Positions 53,601 through 64,000 of a DNA stretch of 64,000 bases are shown piece after piece. The stretch comes from Macrostomum hystrix (lineage: Eukaryota; Animalia; Platyhelminthes), in assembly GCA_950097015.1 (NCBI GenBank), contig CATNEN010000007.1, forward strand, positions 5,394,001 through 5,458,000. Direction: 5' to 3'. The position numbers and the translations under genes were made by a program. The notes beneath the pieces were generated by a model that was not told the DNA's origin, ran no database searches, and saw only the letters and a program-made list of their open reading frames with translations. The first letter of the stretch is position 1; each line of letters starts with the position of its first letter.

Positions 53601-56600
53601 GAAGCATTTGAGTTGTTAGGGAAGCGTTTGAGTTGTTAGGGAAGCGTTTGAGTTGTTAGAGAAGCGTTTGAGTTGTTGGAGAAGCATTTGAGTTGTTAGG
53701 GAAGCATTTCAGTTGTTGGAGAAGCATTTGAGTTGTTGGAGAAGCATTTCAGTTGTTGGAGAAGCATTTGAGTTGTTAGGGAAGCATTTGAGTTGTTAGG
53801 GAAGCGTTTGAGTTGTTAGGGAAGCGTTTGAGTTGTTAGGGAAGCGTTTGAGTTGTTGGAGAAGCGTTTGAGTTGTTAGGGAAGCGTTTGAGTTGTTAGG
53901 GAAGCGTTTGAGTTGTTGGAGAAGCATTTGAGTTGTTAGGGAAGCGCTTGAGTTGTTAGGGAAGCGTTTGAGTTGTTAGAGAAGCGTTTGAGTTGTTGGA
54001 GAAGCATTTGAGTTGTTAGGGAAGCGTTTGAGTCGTTAGGGAAGCGTTTGAGTTGTTGGAGAAGCATTTCAGTTGTTGGAGAAGCATTTGAGTTGTTAGG
54101 GAAGCGTTTGAGTTGTTAGGGAAGCGTTTGAGTTGTTGGAGAAGCATTTGAGTTGTTAGAGAAGCGTTTGAGTTGTTAGGGAAGCGTTTGAGTTGTTAGG
54201 GAAGCGTTTGAGTTGTTGGAGAAGCATTTCAGTTGTTAGGGAAGCGTTTGAGTTGTTAGGGAAGCGTTTGAGTTGTTGGAGAAGCATTTCAGTTGTTGGA
54301 GAAGCATTTGAGTTGTTAGGGAAGCGTTTGAGTTGTTAGGGAAGCGTTTGAGTTGTTGGAGAAGCATTTCAGTTGTTGGAGAAGCATTTGAGTTGTTAGG
54401 GAAGCGTTTGAGTTGTTAGGGAAGCTTTTGAGTTGTTGGAGAAGCATTTCAGTTGTTGGAGAAGCATTTGAGTTGTTAGGGAAGCTTTTGAGTTGTTGGA
54501 GAAGCATTTGAGTTGTTAGAGAAGCGTTTGAGTTGTTGGAGAAGCATTTGAGTTGTTGGAGAAGCATTTCAGTTGTTGGAGAAGCGTTTGAGTTGTTAGG
54601 GAAGCGTTTGAGTTGTTGGAGAAACATTTGAGTTGTTGGAGAAGCATTTCAGTTGTTGGAGAAGCATTTGAGTTGTTAGGGAAGCGTTTGAGTTGTTGGA
54701 GAAGCATTTGAGTTGTTGGAGAAGCGTTTGAGTTGTTAGAGAAGCGTTTGAGTTGTTGGAGAAGCATTTCAGTTGTTGGAGAAGCATTTGAGTTGTTGGA
54801 GAAGCATTTGAGTTGTTAGAGAAGCATTTCAGTTGTTGGAGAAGCATTTGAGTTGTTGGAGAAGCATTTCAGTTGTTGGAGAAGCATTTGAGTTGTTAGG
54901 GAAGCATTTGAGTTGTTAGAGAAGCGTTTGAGTTGTTGGAGAAGCATTTGAGTTGTTAGAGAAGCGTTAGAGTTGTTAGAGAAGCGTTTGAGTTGTTGGA
55001 GAAGCGTTTGAGTTGTTGGAGAAGCATTTCAGTTGTTGGAGAAGCATTTGAGTTGTTAGGGAAGCGTTTGAGTTGTTGGAGAAGCATTTGAGTTGTTGGA
55101 GAAGCGTTTGAGTTGTTAGAGAAGCGTTTGAGTTGTTGGAGAAGCATTTCAGTTGTTGGAGAAGCATTTGAGTTGTTAGAGAAGCGTTTGAGTTGTTAGG
55201 GAAGCGTTTGAGTTGTTGGAGAAGCATTTCAGTTGTTGGAGAAGCATTTGAGTTGTTAGGGAAGCGTTTGAGTTGTTGGAGAAGCATTTGAGTTGTTAGA
55301 GAAGCATTTCAGTTGTTGGAGAAGCATTTGAGTTGTTAGGGAAGCGTTTGAGTTGTTGGAGAAGCATTTGAGTTGTTAGAGAAGCGTTTGAGTTGTTGGA
55401 GAAGCATTTCAGTTGTTGGAGAAGCATTTGAGTTGTTAGAGAAGCATTTCAGTTGTTGGAGAAGCATTTGAGTTGTTGGAGAAGCATTTCAGTTGTTGGA
55501 GAAGCATTTGAGTTGTTAGGGAAGCGTTTGAGTTGTTGGAGAAGCATTTGAGTTGTTGGAGAAGCATTTGAGTTGTTAGAGAAGCGTTTGAGTTGTTGGA
55601 GAAGCATTTCAGTTGTTGGAGAAGCATTTGAGTTGTTAGGGAAGCATTTGAGTTGTTAGAGAAGCGTTTGAGTTGTTAGAGAAGCATTTCAGTTGTTGGA
55701 GAAGCATTTGAGTTGTTAGAGAAGCATTTCAGTTGTTAGAGAAGCATTTCAGTTGTTGGAGAAGCATTTGAGTTGTTGGAGAAGCATTTCAGTTGTTGGA
55801 GAAGCATTTGAGTTGTTAGGGAAGCGTTTGAGTTGTTAGGGAAGCGTTTGAGTTGTTAGGGAAGCGTTTGAGTTGTTGGAGAAGCATTTGAGTTGTTAGG
55901 GAAGCGTTTGAGTTGTTAGGGAAGCGTTTGAGTTGTTAGAGAAGCGTTTGAGTTGTTGGAGAAGCATTTGAGTTGTTAGGGAAGCATTTCAGTTGTTGGA
56001 GAAGCATTTGAGTTGTTGGAGAAGCATTTCAGTTGTTGGAGAAGCATTTGAGTTGTTAGGGAAGCATTTGAGTTGTTAGGGAAGCGTTTGAGTTGTTAGG
56101 GAAGCGTTTGAGTTGTTAGGGAAGCGTTTGAGTTGTTGGAGAAGCGTTTGAGTTGTTAGGGAAGCGTTTGAGTTGTTAGGGAAGCGTTTGAGTTGTTGGA
56201 GAAGCATTTGAGTTGTTAGGGAAGCGTTTGAGTTGTTAGGGAAGCGTTTGAGTTGTTAGAGAAGCGTTTGAGTTGTTGGAGAAGCATTTGAGTTGTTAGG
56301 GAAGCGTTTGAGTTGTTAGGGAAGCGTTTGAGTTGTTGGAGAAGCATTTCAGTTGTTGGAGAAGCATTTGAGTTGTTAGGGAAGCGTTTGAGTTGTTAGG
56401 GAAGCGTTTGAGTTGTTGGAGAAGCATTTGAGTTGTTAGAGAAGCGTTTGAGTTGTTAGGGAAGCGTTTGAGTTGTTAGGGAAGCGTTTGAGTTGTTGGA
56501 GAAGCATTTCAGTTGTTAGGGAAGCGTTTGAGTTGTTAGGGAAGCGTTTGAGTTGTTGGAGAAGCATTTCAGTTGTTGGAGAAGCATTTGAGTTGTTAGG

Positions 56601-59600
56601 GAAGCGTTTGAGTTGTTAGGGAAGCGTTTGAGTTGTTGGAGAAGCATTTCAGTTGTTGGAGAAGCATTTGAGTTGTTAGGGAAGCGTTTGAGTTGTTAGG
56701 GAAGCGTTTGAGTTGTTGGAGAAGCATTTCAGTTGTTGGAGAAGCATTTGAGTTGTTAGGGAAGCGTTTGAGTTGTTAGGGAAGCGTTTGAGTTGTTGGA
56801 GAAGCATTTGAGTTGTTAGAGAAGCGTTTGAGTTGTTGGAGAAGCATTTGAGTTGTTGGAGAAGCATTTCAGTTGTTGGAGAAGCATTTCAGTTTTTGGA
56901 GAAGCGTTTGAGTTGTTAGGGAAGCGTTTGAGTTGTTGGAGAAACATTTGAGTTGTTGGAGAAGCATTTCAGTTGTTGGAGAAGCATTTGAGTTGTTAGG
57001 GAAGCGTTTGAGTTGTTGGAGAAGCATTTGAGTTGTTAGAGAAGCATTTGAGTTGTTAGAGAAGCGTTTGAGTTGTTGGAGAAGCATTTGAGTTGTTGGA
57101 GAAGCGTTTGAGTTGTTAGAGAAGCGTTTGAGTTGTTGGAGAAGCATTTCAGTTGTTGGAGAAGCATTTGAGTTGTTAGAGAAGCGTTTGAGTTGTTAGG
57201 GAAGCGTTTGAGTTGTTGGAGAAGCATTTAAGTTGTTAGAGAAGCATTTGAGTTGTTAGAGAAGCGTTTGAGTTGTTGGAGAAGCATTTCAGTTGTTGGA
57301 GAAGCATTTGAGTTGTTAGAGAAGCGTTTGAGTTGTTAGGGGAGCGTTTGAGTTGTTGGAGAAGCATTTAAGTTGTTAGAGAAGCATTTGAGTTGTTGGA
57401 GAAGCATTTGAGTTGTTAGGGAAGCGTTTGAGTTGTTGGAGAAGCATTTGAGTTGTTGGAGAAGCATTTGAGTTGTTAGAGAAGCATTTGAGTTGTTAGA
57501 GAAGCATTTCAGTTGTTGGAGAAGCATTTGAGTTGTTGGAGAAGCATTTCAGTTGTTGGAGAAGCATTTGAGTTGTTAGGGAAGCATTTGAGTTGTTAGA
57601 GAAGCGTTTGAGTTGTTGGAGAAGCATTTCAGTTGTTGGAGAAGCATTTGAGTTGTTAGAGAAGCGTTTGAGTTGTTGGAGAAGCATTTGAGTTGTTAGG
57701 GAAGCATTTGAGTTGTTAGAGAAGCGTTTGAGTTGTTGGAGAAGCATTTCAGTTGTTGGAGAAGCATTTGAGTTGTTAGAGAAGCGTTAGAGTTGTTGGA
57801 GATGCGTTTGAGTTGTTGGAGAAGCGTTTGAGTTGTTGGAGAAGCATTTGAGTTGTTGGAGAAGCATTTGAGTTGTTAGGGAAACATTTGAGTTGTTAGA
57901 GATGCGTTTGAGTTGTTGGAGAAGCGTTTGAGTCCAAAAATATTTGTTTGAAAAGGCTCTTTAACGCCGCATGTCAAGGTACTGTTTTCTATACGATGAT
58001 ATTTTGGTCCACAAGGAGAAACTTTGACAGAAAGAATGGCAAAGAAAGAAAAGAGAAATTTCTAGGTTAACTGTAACCTAAAAGTGGCATTCCAGTTCCT
58101 TCCTTCAAAGCCAAGAACTCCGCGCTCACCTGAAGTCCACTAGCGGCATGTAGTCGACGTCCATCAGCGGCCGAAGGCTGGGCAGCGAGTTGGCGATGAT
58201 GTGGCCGTTGGCCAGGAGGCAAACGAGGCAGGGCGCGCCCAGAATGTTAGGCACGCTGGCCCGCACCACGTTTGACGTCTCCGTCAGCTTCTTCTCTGCG
58301 TAGCAGGACTGCGACGGCAGGCCGACGACGCGCACCTGGAGCGCAGAAAGAAAGTACAAGGACTAGCACGGAGGGCGCAAGGCTAATCGCGAGGGATGGA
58401 GCAACAAAGACTAAAGTTTGCAGCCGAACCTGCTTCTCGGAGCAGAGGCAGACCAGCTGGCGATCCTCGCCGCCAACCCCGACGCCGCCTCCGCCACCAC
58501 CGCTGCCGCCGGCTCCGGAGACGCTGCTGGTTGTCGACTGTCGAGTCAGCGAGCTGGCGGAGCCACCCCGCTGTTGCTGGCCGGCCACGTTGGCGGCCCG
58601 CCTGCCGGTGGGTGGCTGCTGCAGCTGCTGGCGCGAGGCCGCCCATGATCCACCGGCGTCGCCGTCCCCGTCGACGCACGAGTCGGCATTGGCCCCCGAC
58701 GACGGAGGCGGCTGCGGTGGAGGGATGATGCTGTTGAGGAAGGAGACGTCCTGCACGCAGCCCAGCAGGTGGAAGATGGTGCCGCTGGGTGACACAATAA
58801 CCGGCTGGGTGGTGCGCGCCTCCGGCACCTGCAGGTTCAGGATGAACACCGAGCCGATGGAGGTGCCGAGCCACAGGCAGGGAGTCGGCAGCGAGTCTGC
58901 GGCGGCGAGTGAAAGAACTTCAACAATCAGTGCCATCCTTCAGGCCCCACTCCTTCCCATCCTTCAGGCCCCACTGCCTCCCATCTTTCAGGCCCCTGTA
59001 GAAGGCCGAGCCTACCTGACTTCCTTGCGAAGGTGTCGGCAAAGGCCAGGAATATCACGGACTCCTTGCTGGGCTCCAGGCTGCTTGTGCTGGAGCTGCA
59101 CGATCTCGAAAAGTTCTCAGGCTTCTCTGCAGAAGATGTTTGTTTCACTTTTCGATTAGATTACTTTTTGACATTGACGACTTTGGAAGTTGTTTTAAAT
59201 GTCTATGGTTCAAATTAATTTTTTGGCCATAGACAAGTCAAATCATGCTCCCAATGGATTTAGAATAGCAATACAACATCTATTCTGTTGCATGGGAACA
59301 CATGAATTTTTTAATTTAAAACACAAATCAAACTAAAAATTGAAACAAAATCTTAGTTTAAAGCGTAAAGCATGCATATAGTTTAACATTTTTAACAAAA
59401 AAAGTGAAAAATGTCGTAAATTAATTTCAGCGAATTTGTTATTTAAACAAAATTTAACTACAAAATTTTTTTTTTTGTTTTAGGAATTTTTTTCCAAGAA
59501 TCTACTTTATTCGATTTTGGCTAAAATCAACCCGCAAAATACGTACTAATGCCCATAGATAAATTGGACAGAAATCAAAGTCCACAACTTGACTGTCTGC

Positions 59601-60454
59601 TTGGAATAGCCATGGACATCTATACATAGCATATGGATGCTATATATTGATGTCTATGGGAATAGCTGGCACCGCGCTTTGTAGAACTTGGCTATAGACT
59701 ATAAATCTGAAGTAAAAAATTAATGCTTTGTACTTTTCACTCCATTAAACGTCAGCTCTGTGTTTCACCCACAAATCGGGAGTATCACGTTTTTGTTGTC
59801 TATTAGTACTACTTTGAGTAGTTTTAAGCCTGGGCATGCATAGGGAACAATGAAACACATACTCGTACACAGGCAGGTCTGGGAGCCGCCCAGGTGGTGG
59901 GAAATCAGGCTAGCTCGTATAGAAGATAATGCAAACTGATTGGAAGGCAACATATAGCGTGCCGGTTAATCAGGATTGGACGAAACTAAAGCAGAGAAGA
60001 AATTAATATTTGGCGACAGGCAATCAAATTATGACAGATTGACGAGACACGGTGAAAAGAGGTGACAGAAGGGCCTGTTTGGAGATGCCGAACCTAATGA
60101 GCTGTGACCGCTCAGCCGGCCAACAAAGGCGGGCGCGGTCAGCTGGTTCGATGCGTTGAAGGAGGTCTGTGAGGGCGGCTCCTCTAAGCTACGGGCGGTG
60201 GAGATGAAGCCGGGAGCCCCCAGCTGCTGAGCTGGACCAGCTCTGCCCTGACCTTGGCTGCGGGCCCGCTTCAAATCCGCGCTCCGGCCCGGCCCCGAGG
60301 CCGCCGCCGCCGCCGCTGCCGCCGCAGCCGCCGCGGCGGATGAAGACGCCGACGACGAACTGACGGTGTCCGTGCGACGATTGAAGCGGCCGCCTCCGCC
60401 GCCTCCTCCTCCTCCGCCGCCGCCGCTGCCCATGCTAGCTGAGAGGCCGTTCAT
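50689..60454 (-). CDS. STXBP5: Tomosyn (syntaxin-binding protein 5), 3' part; exons 60253-60454 (tentative), 59016-59126, 58430-58896, 58130-58335, 52614-52709, 51663-51799, 51385-51506, 50689-50832; 5' part lies beyond the window end
   Basis: Spliced product [22 protein letters not shown]...VIVSPSGT...[13 protein letters not shown]...[46 protein letters not shown]...PEPPKK...IDREQLFGE, then a C-terminal R-SNARE motif ([26 protein letters not shown]...[12 protein letters not shown]). Phases are consistent. Confidence 0.92.
50873..51340. repeat. 30-bp minisatellite (GAATGAAGGGCTGGGATGAATGGATGCAGG), last tomosyn intron
   Basis: Direct tandem periodicity. Confidence 0.95.
51875..52607. repeat. 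37-bp minisatellite (GGGGCTAGGCTAGCAATCCATTATATTCCTTCATCAT), tomosyn intron
   Basis: Direct tandem periodicity; begins ~6 nt from the donor site. Confidence 0.96.
52847..57933. repeat. 20-bp minisatellite (GAAGC[A/G]TTT[G/C]AGTTGTT[GGA/AGG/AGA]), ~254 copies, tomosyn intron
   Basis: Indel-free 20-bp periodicity over ~5.1 kb. Confidence 0.98.
58934..58997. repeat. 24-bp unit x~3 (CCATCCTTCAGGCCCCACTCCTTC) in a 119-bp tomosyn intron
   Basis: Three near-identical copies. Confidence 0.8.
59611..59658. mobile_element. 48-bp foldback mini-MITE with 8-bp TSD (hAT-like)
   Basis: 22-bp inverted arms with 3 mismatches and a 4-nt loop, flanked by the exact direct repeat GGAATAGC (59603-59610, 59659-59666). 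Confidence 0.75.
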
Positions 60455-60654
60455 CTGGATGGAGGCAGGTAGAGCAATTGGACTCAATGTTTGGTTTTAG
60501 TGCTTGAAAATACTTTAGATACGTTGTCTGAACTGATTGGCTCATTGTGATGTAGCAATATATATTTTTTGGAATTTAAATCTTTAGTTTGTAGCTCTTA
60601 GCTCTTTGCATTAGCTTAGCCTGTCTCCTCACACAGACGACATGTCTAACCCAT

Positions 60655-61305
60655 GTCTAACCCCCAGCACGACTAGCCCCAGCCCGACTAGCCCCAGCCC
60701 GATTAGCCCCAGCCCGACTAACCCCCAGCACGACTAGCCCCAGCCCGACTAACCCCCAGCACGACTAGCCCCAGCCCGACTTGCCCCAGCCCGACTAACC
60801 CCCAGCACGACTAACCCCCCAACCTGACTAAACCCCAGCACGACTAACCCCCAGCACGACTAACCCCCAGCACGACTAACCCCCAGCACGACTAACCCCC
60901 AGCACGACTAACCTCAGCACGACTAACCCCCAGCACAACTAACCCCAGCACGACTAACCCCCAGCCTGACTAACCCCCAACCTGACTAAACCCCAGCACG
61001 ACTAACCCCCAGCACGACTAACCCCCAGAACGACTAACCCCCCAGCCTGACTAACCCCCCAACCTGACTAAACCCCAGCACGACTAACCCCCAGCACGAC
61101 TAACCCCCAGCCTGACTAACCCCCCAACCTGACTAACCCCCAGCACGACTAACCCCCCAACCTGACTAACCCCCCAACCTGACTAACCCCCAGCACGACT
61201 AACCCCCCAGCACGACTAACCCCCAGCACGACTAACCCCCCAACCCGACTAAACCCCAGCACGACTAACCCCCAGCACGACTAACCCCCCAGCACGACTA
61301 ACCCA
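60655..61305. repeat. ~16-bp minisatellite (GACTAACCCCCAGCAC), tomosyn intron
   Basis: Direct tandem periodicity with a variable C-run. Confidence 0.95.
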
Positions 61306-62264
61306 CTAAACCGAATTCCATCACAAATCGCAAAATTCATCATTCAAAATTAGCGGCATCTTTAAATCAATGATAATTCACATACTACAGCAGTAAATCG
61401 TCAATGTCTTGAATTTGTTAAGATTACTTTTTTAAAGTTAATCACGAGCTAAATCCCAAAAATTGCTGTTAATAATAACTAGAACAAGTACCCAAAATCT
61501 GCAGTACGATTATTTCGAATTGACAGTGGGTCATAAAAGCACAACTGAGTTACAGTAAAAAAATGGGTGGATTAAAATTAATCCGATTATCGAAAATCAA
61601 TAAAATCAATCACCCCATCTGGCAACAAAACTTCTTCGGAAAACGGATATAACAAAATGGGAGAATTGGTATCGATACTATGCTCGATTCATTCGTTAAA
61701 GTATGGAAAATGTAATACTCGAAGTTTGAATTATGACTATAAAAACACATCGAAAACTACTATTATATGAAATTCACATGTGAAATGATCGGTTTGCTTA
61801 CGATTCGATAAGCAAAATATGCATGTGTGAGCATCCTATTTCAGTATCAAGCTAAAGTGGGTGGGAGTTGTTGAACAACATTTAATGAGGCCACAAGTTG
61901 ATTATGAAGCTTTCATTTAACAACAACTTTTTCCTATGGACTATTTTCCCTGTGTATTATTATTGGTCCATCTTCTGAAAAATGCGAAAGCACAATACAT
62001 TACAGCAGGATAGGACTTTGCCTGAGAATTTTCGCTATTTTTTGGGAACTTTCGCTGCGATCAGTTAAGGTAGGGGATTAAGGTTGACTTGGGGAGGTTA
62101 AAATCAAAGGGAGAATTGCGCGGAGACCCGACAGCGAAATTGTGGGAGATCGCTACATTTACTTAAAAATAAATGTGTTTTCATCATTTGCAAGTTGCGT
62201 AAGCTTGGCGCCTTCGGCACTGCGAAAATCAATCAAAGAAAGCCCTGACCCAGACTTATCTTAA

Positions 62265-62735
62265 TCTCATCTAGACTCATCTAGACTAAGCTAGACTGAC
62301 ATAGACTTACCTAGACTCGCCAAGACTCATATAGACTCACATATGCTCACCTAGACTCACCTAGACTCAAACAGACTCACCTAGACTCACATAGACTCAC
62401 CTAGACTCACCTAGACTCGCCAAGACTCATATAGACTCACATAGGCTCACCTAGACTCACCTAGACTCATACAGACTCACCTAGACTCACTTAGACTCAC
62501 CTAGACTCAAACAGACTCACCTAGACTCACCTAGACTCAAACAGACTCACCTAGACTCGCCAAGACTCATACAGACTCACCTAGACTCACATAGACTCAC
62601 CTAGACTCACCTAGACTCGCCAAGACTCATACAGACTCACCTAGACTCATACAGACTCACCTAGACTCACCTAGACTCACCTAGACTCAACTAGCCTCAA
62701 CTAGCCTCACCTAGCCTCAACTAGCCTCACCTAGC
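62265..62735. repeat. 10-bp minisatellite (CTAGACTCAC; sense strand GTGAGTCTAG), tomosyn intron
   Basis: Indel-free 10-bp periodicity, ~46 units. Confidence 0.95.
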
Positions 62736-63783
62736 AACGCATCAGGGATATGGGGACCAGGTTAATAGCTTCTAAAGCGCAGCTCTTTGCATACTTTGAG
62801 GGTAAAAATAGAGGATTTTTTCAGATCATAAGGAAGTTAAAATCATAACAAAGTTGATTGCTCTTTCTTTGATGGCTTAATTTCTCCACCAAGCAATGTG
62901 ACTTTAATAGTTAAGAGCAGATGGAGACAGGCGACAGAGGGGATTAGGACTTAGGATTGACTCTACGGGAACTTGTAGGCCCAACCTTAGCCGCTTTGTT
63001 GACTATGCAGTGCCACTTTGCGTGAGTCGTGTGCTGTTTCGAGTGTTTTGACTGGAATAAATAGAAAATAATAAATAAAATCAGAAACTGATTAAGGAGC
63101 TAAGAATGAGATTTCTAATAAAGTCCGTGTGGGGCACCGATTCTACGTCGTACTTTAGGTTCTATGCCTTAATGATTTTTTTTCAATTAAGTATCTATTT
63201 TTAGCCAGCGTTGGGTGACTCATAGCGCAGGCAGCCAATCAAATTCGAGCCATGCTATACTACGTTTTATTCTATTTGAAAAGCTTAATGGAGCCTACTG
63301 TCCTCTTCTAGCTCTAGCCCGGCCCACCAGATAATCGAGAGGGCTAGGATAGCCAAACTGCCGTTGCCGATACATAAAATAATTTACTCCGTTGGCATAG
63401 CAACACCGATTTTAAACAACTGGGAGCACGAGAACATTTGGTTTGTAGCAGTCAGCAACTCAACATTGCGAGCTGGTATAGTGTTTCTGGGGATTGTTAT
63501 TGCATGGGAAGAGCTGAAACAATTGTCAAATAAACGTTCTTGACTCTGGCTAAGAGTGAGGTACACGGCATGATGTCATTGCAAACAGTGCGGGAGGTGC
63601 AGTGATGGCAGCACTGCCCCCATTTACACAATCATACATAGAATCACCAAGGTAATCATCTTGATCAAATTTAAATCGCCAATTAACCAGTGGAGTGAGT
63701 CTGTCCTGAATCTTGGATGCGATCTCACGCAGCAGGGGGGGAGTCGGGGGTTGCTAGGAGGGCATTGTGCATGTCTGGCTGAC

Positions 63784-63843
63784 CTTTGACGCCTTGGTGA
63801 CGAGCGACAACCACTTTGACTTGACGCGGCCGGACTCCTCGTG
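63784..63843 (-). CDS. Candidate 60-nt tomosyn exon (HEESGRVKSKWLSLVTKASK)
   Basis: Bounded by CAG and GTCAG, phase 0-0, GC-richer than its flanks and in frame with the exon starting at 60454. No homology evidence. Confidence 0.35.
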
Positions 63844-64000
63844 CTGAGTTTTGTTTGTTCGAATAGAGAAACGGAGGAGCAGAAAGGCGGGAAATTGTGA
63901 AGCGATGAGTACCTTGACTGAGATTGAGAAAATCAAAGTAAAACGCAAATTGCGCTACTTTAAGTAGCTAAAGATAAGATTATAACAAAAAATTGTTTCT

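Noticed and set aside
52847-57933. CRISPR-like regular repeats
   Set aside because: Head-to-tail tandem units without unique spacers, no cas genes, eukaryotic intron context. Applies to all arrays here.

Overview
Eukaryotic (metazoan) genomic DNA with spliceosomal introns. The GC-rich, polyQ/polyA-rich exons and minisatellite-filled introns resemble a Macrostomum-type flatworm genome; this is inference, not demonstrated. Seven protein genes can be reconstructed by hand: calcineurin A (minus, partial), a MAP4K4/misshapen-family kinase (plus, 5 exons, complete), molybdopterin synthase large subunit MOCS2B (plus, 3 exons), a FLYWCH zinc-finger protein (minus), a VIP36/VIPL L-type lectin (minus, 5 exons), an orphan single-pass membrane protein (plus) and the 3' half of tomosyn/STXBP5 (minus). 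About a third of the window is made of roughly 28 mutually unrelated minisatellite arrays (10-57 bp units). They sit in about 15 of 21 introns and in 3' flanks but are absent from both head-to-head intergenic regions, and several units are copies of splice-site consensus motifs. Transposon relics: a Tc1/IS630-type transposase pseudogene interrupted by a 690-bp Mutator-type MITE (9-bp TSD), a hAT-Charlie MITE (8-bp TSD) carrying its own minisatellite, a 48-bp foldback element with an 8-bp TSD, and three copies of a SINE-like repeat containing an HDV-ribozyme-like motif. Most long ORFs in the supplied track are minisatellite artefacts. Coordinates were read manually, so array edges are approximate.
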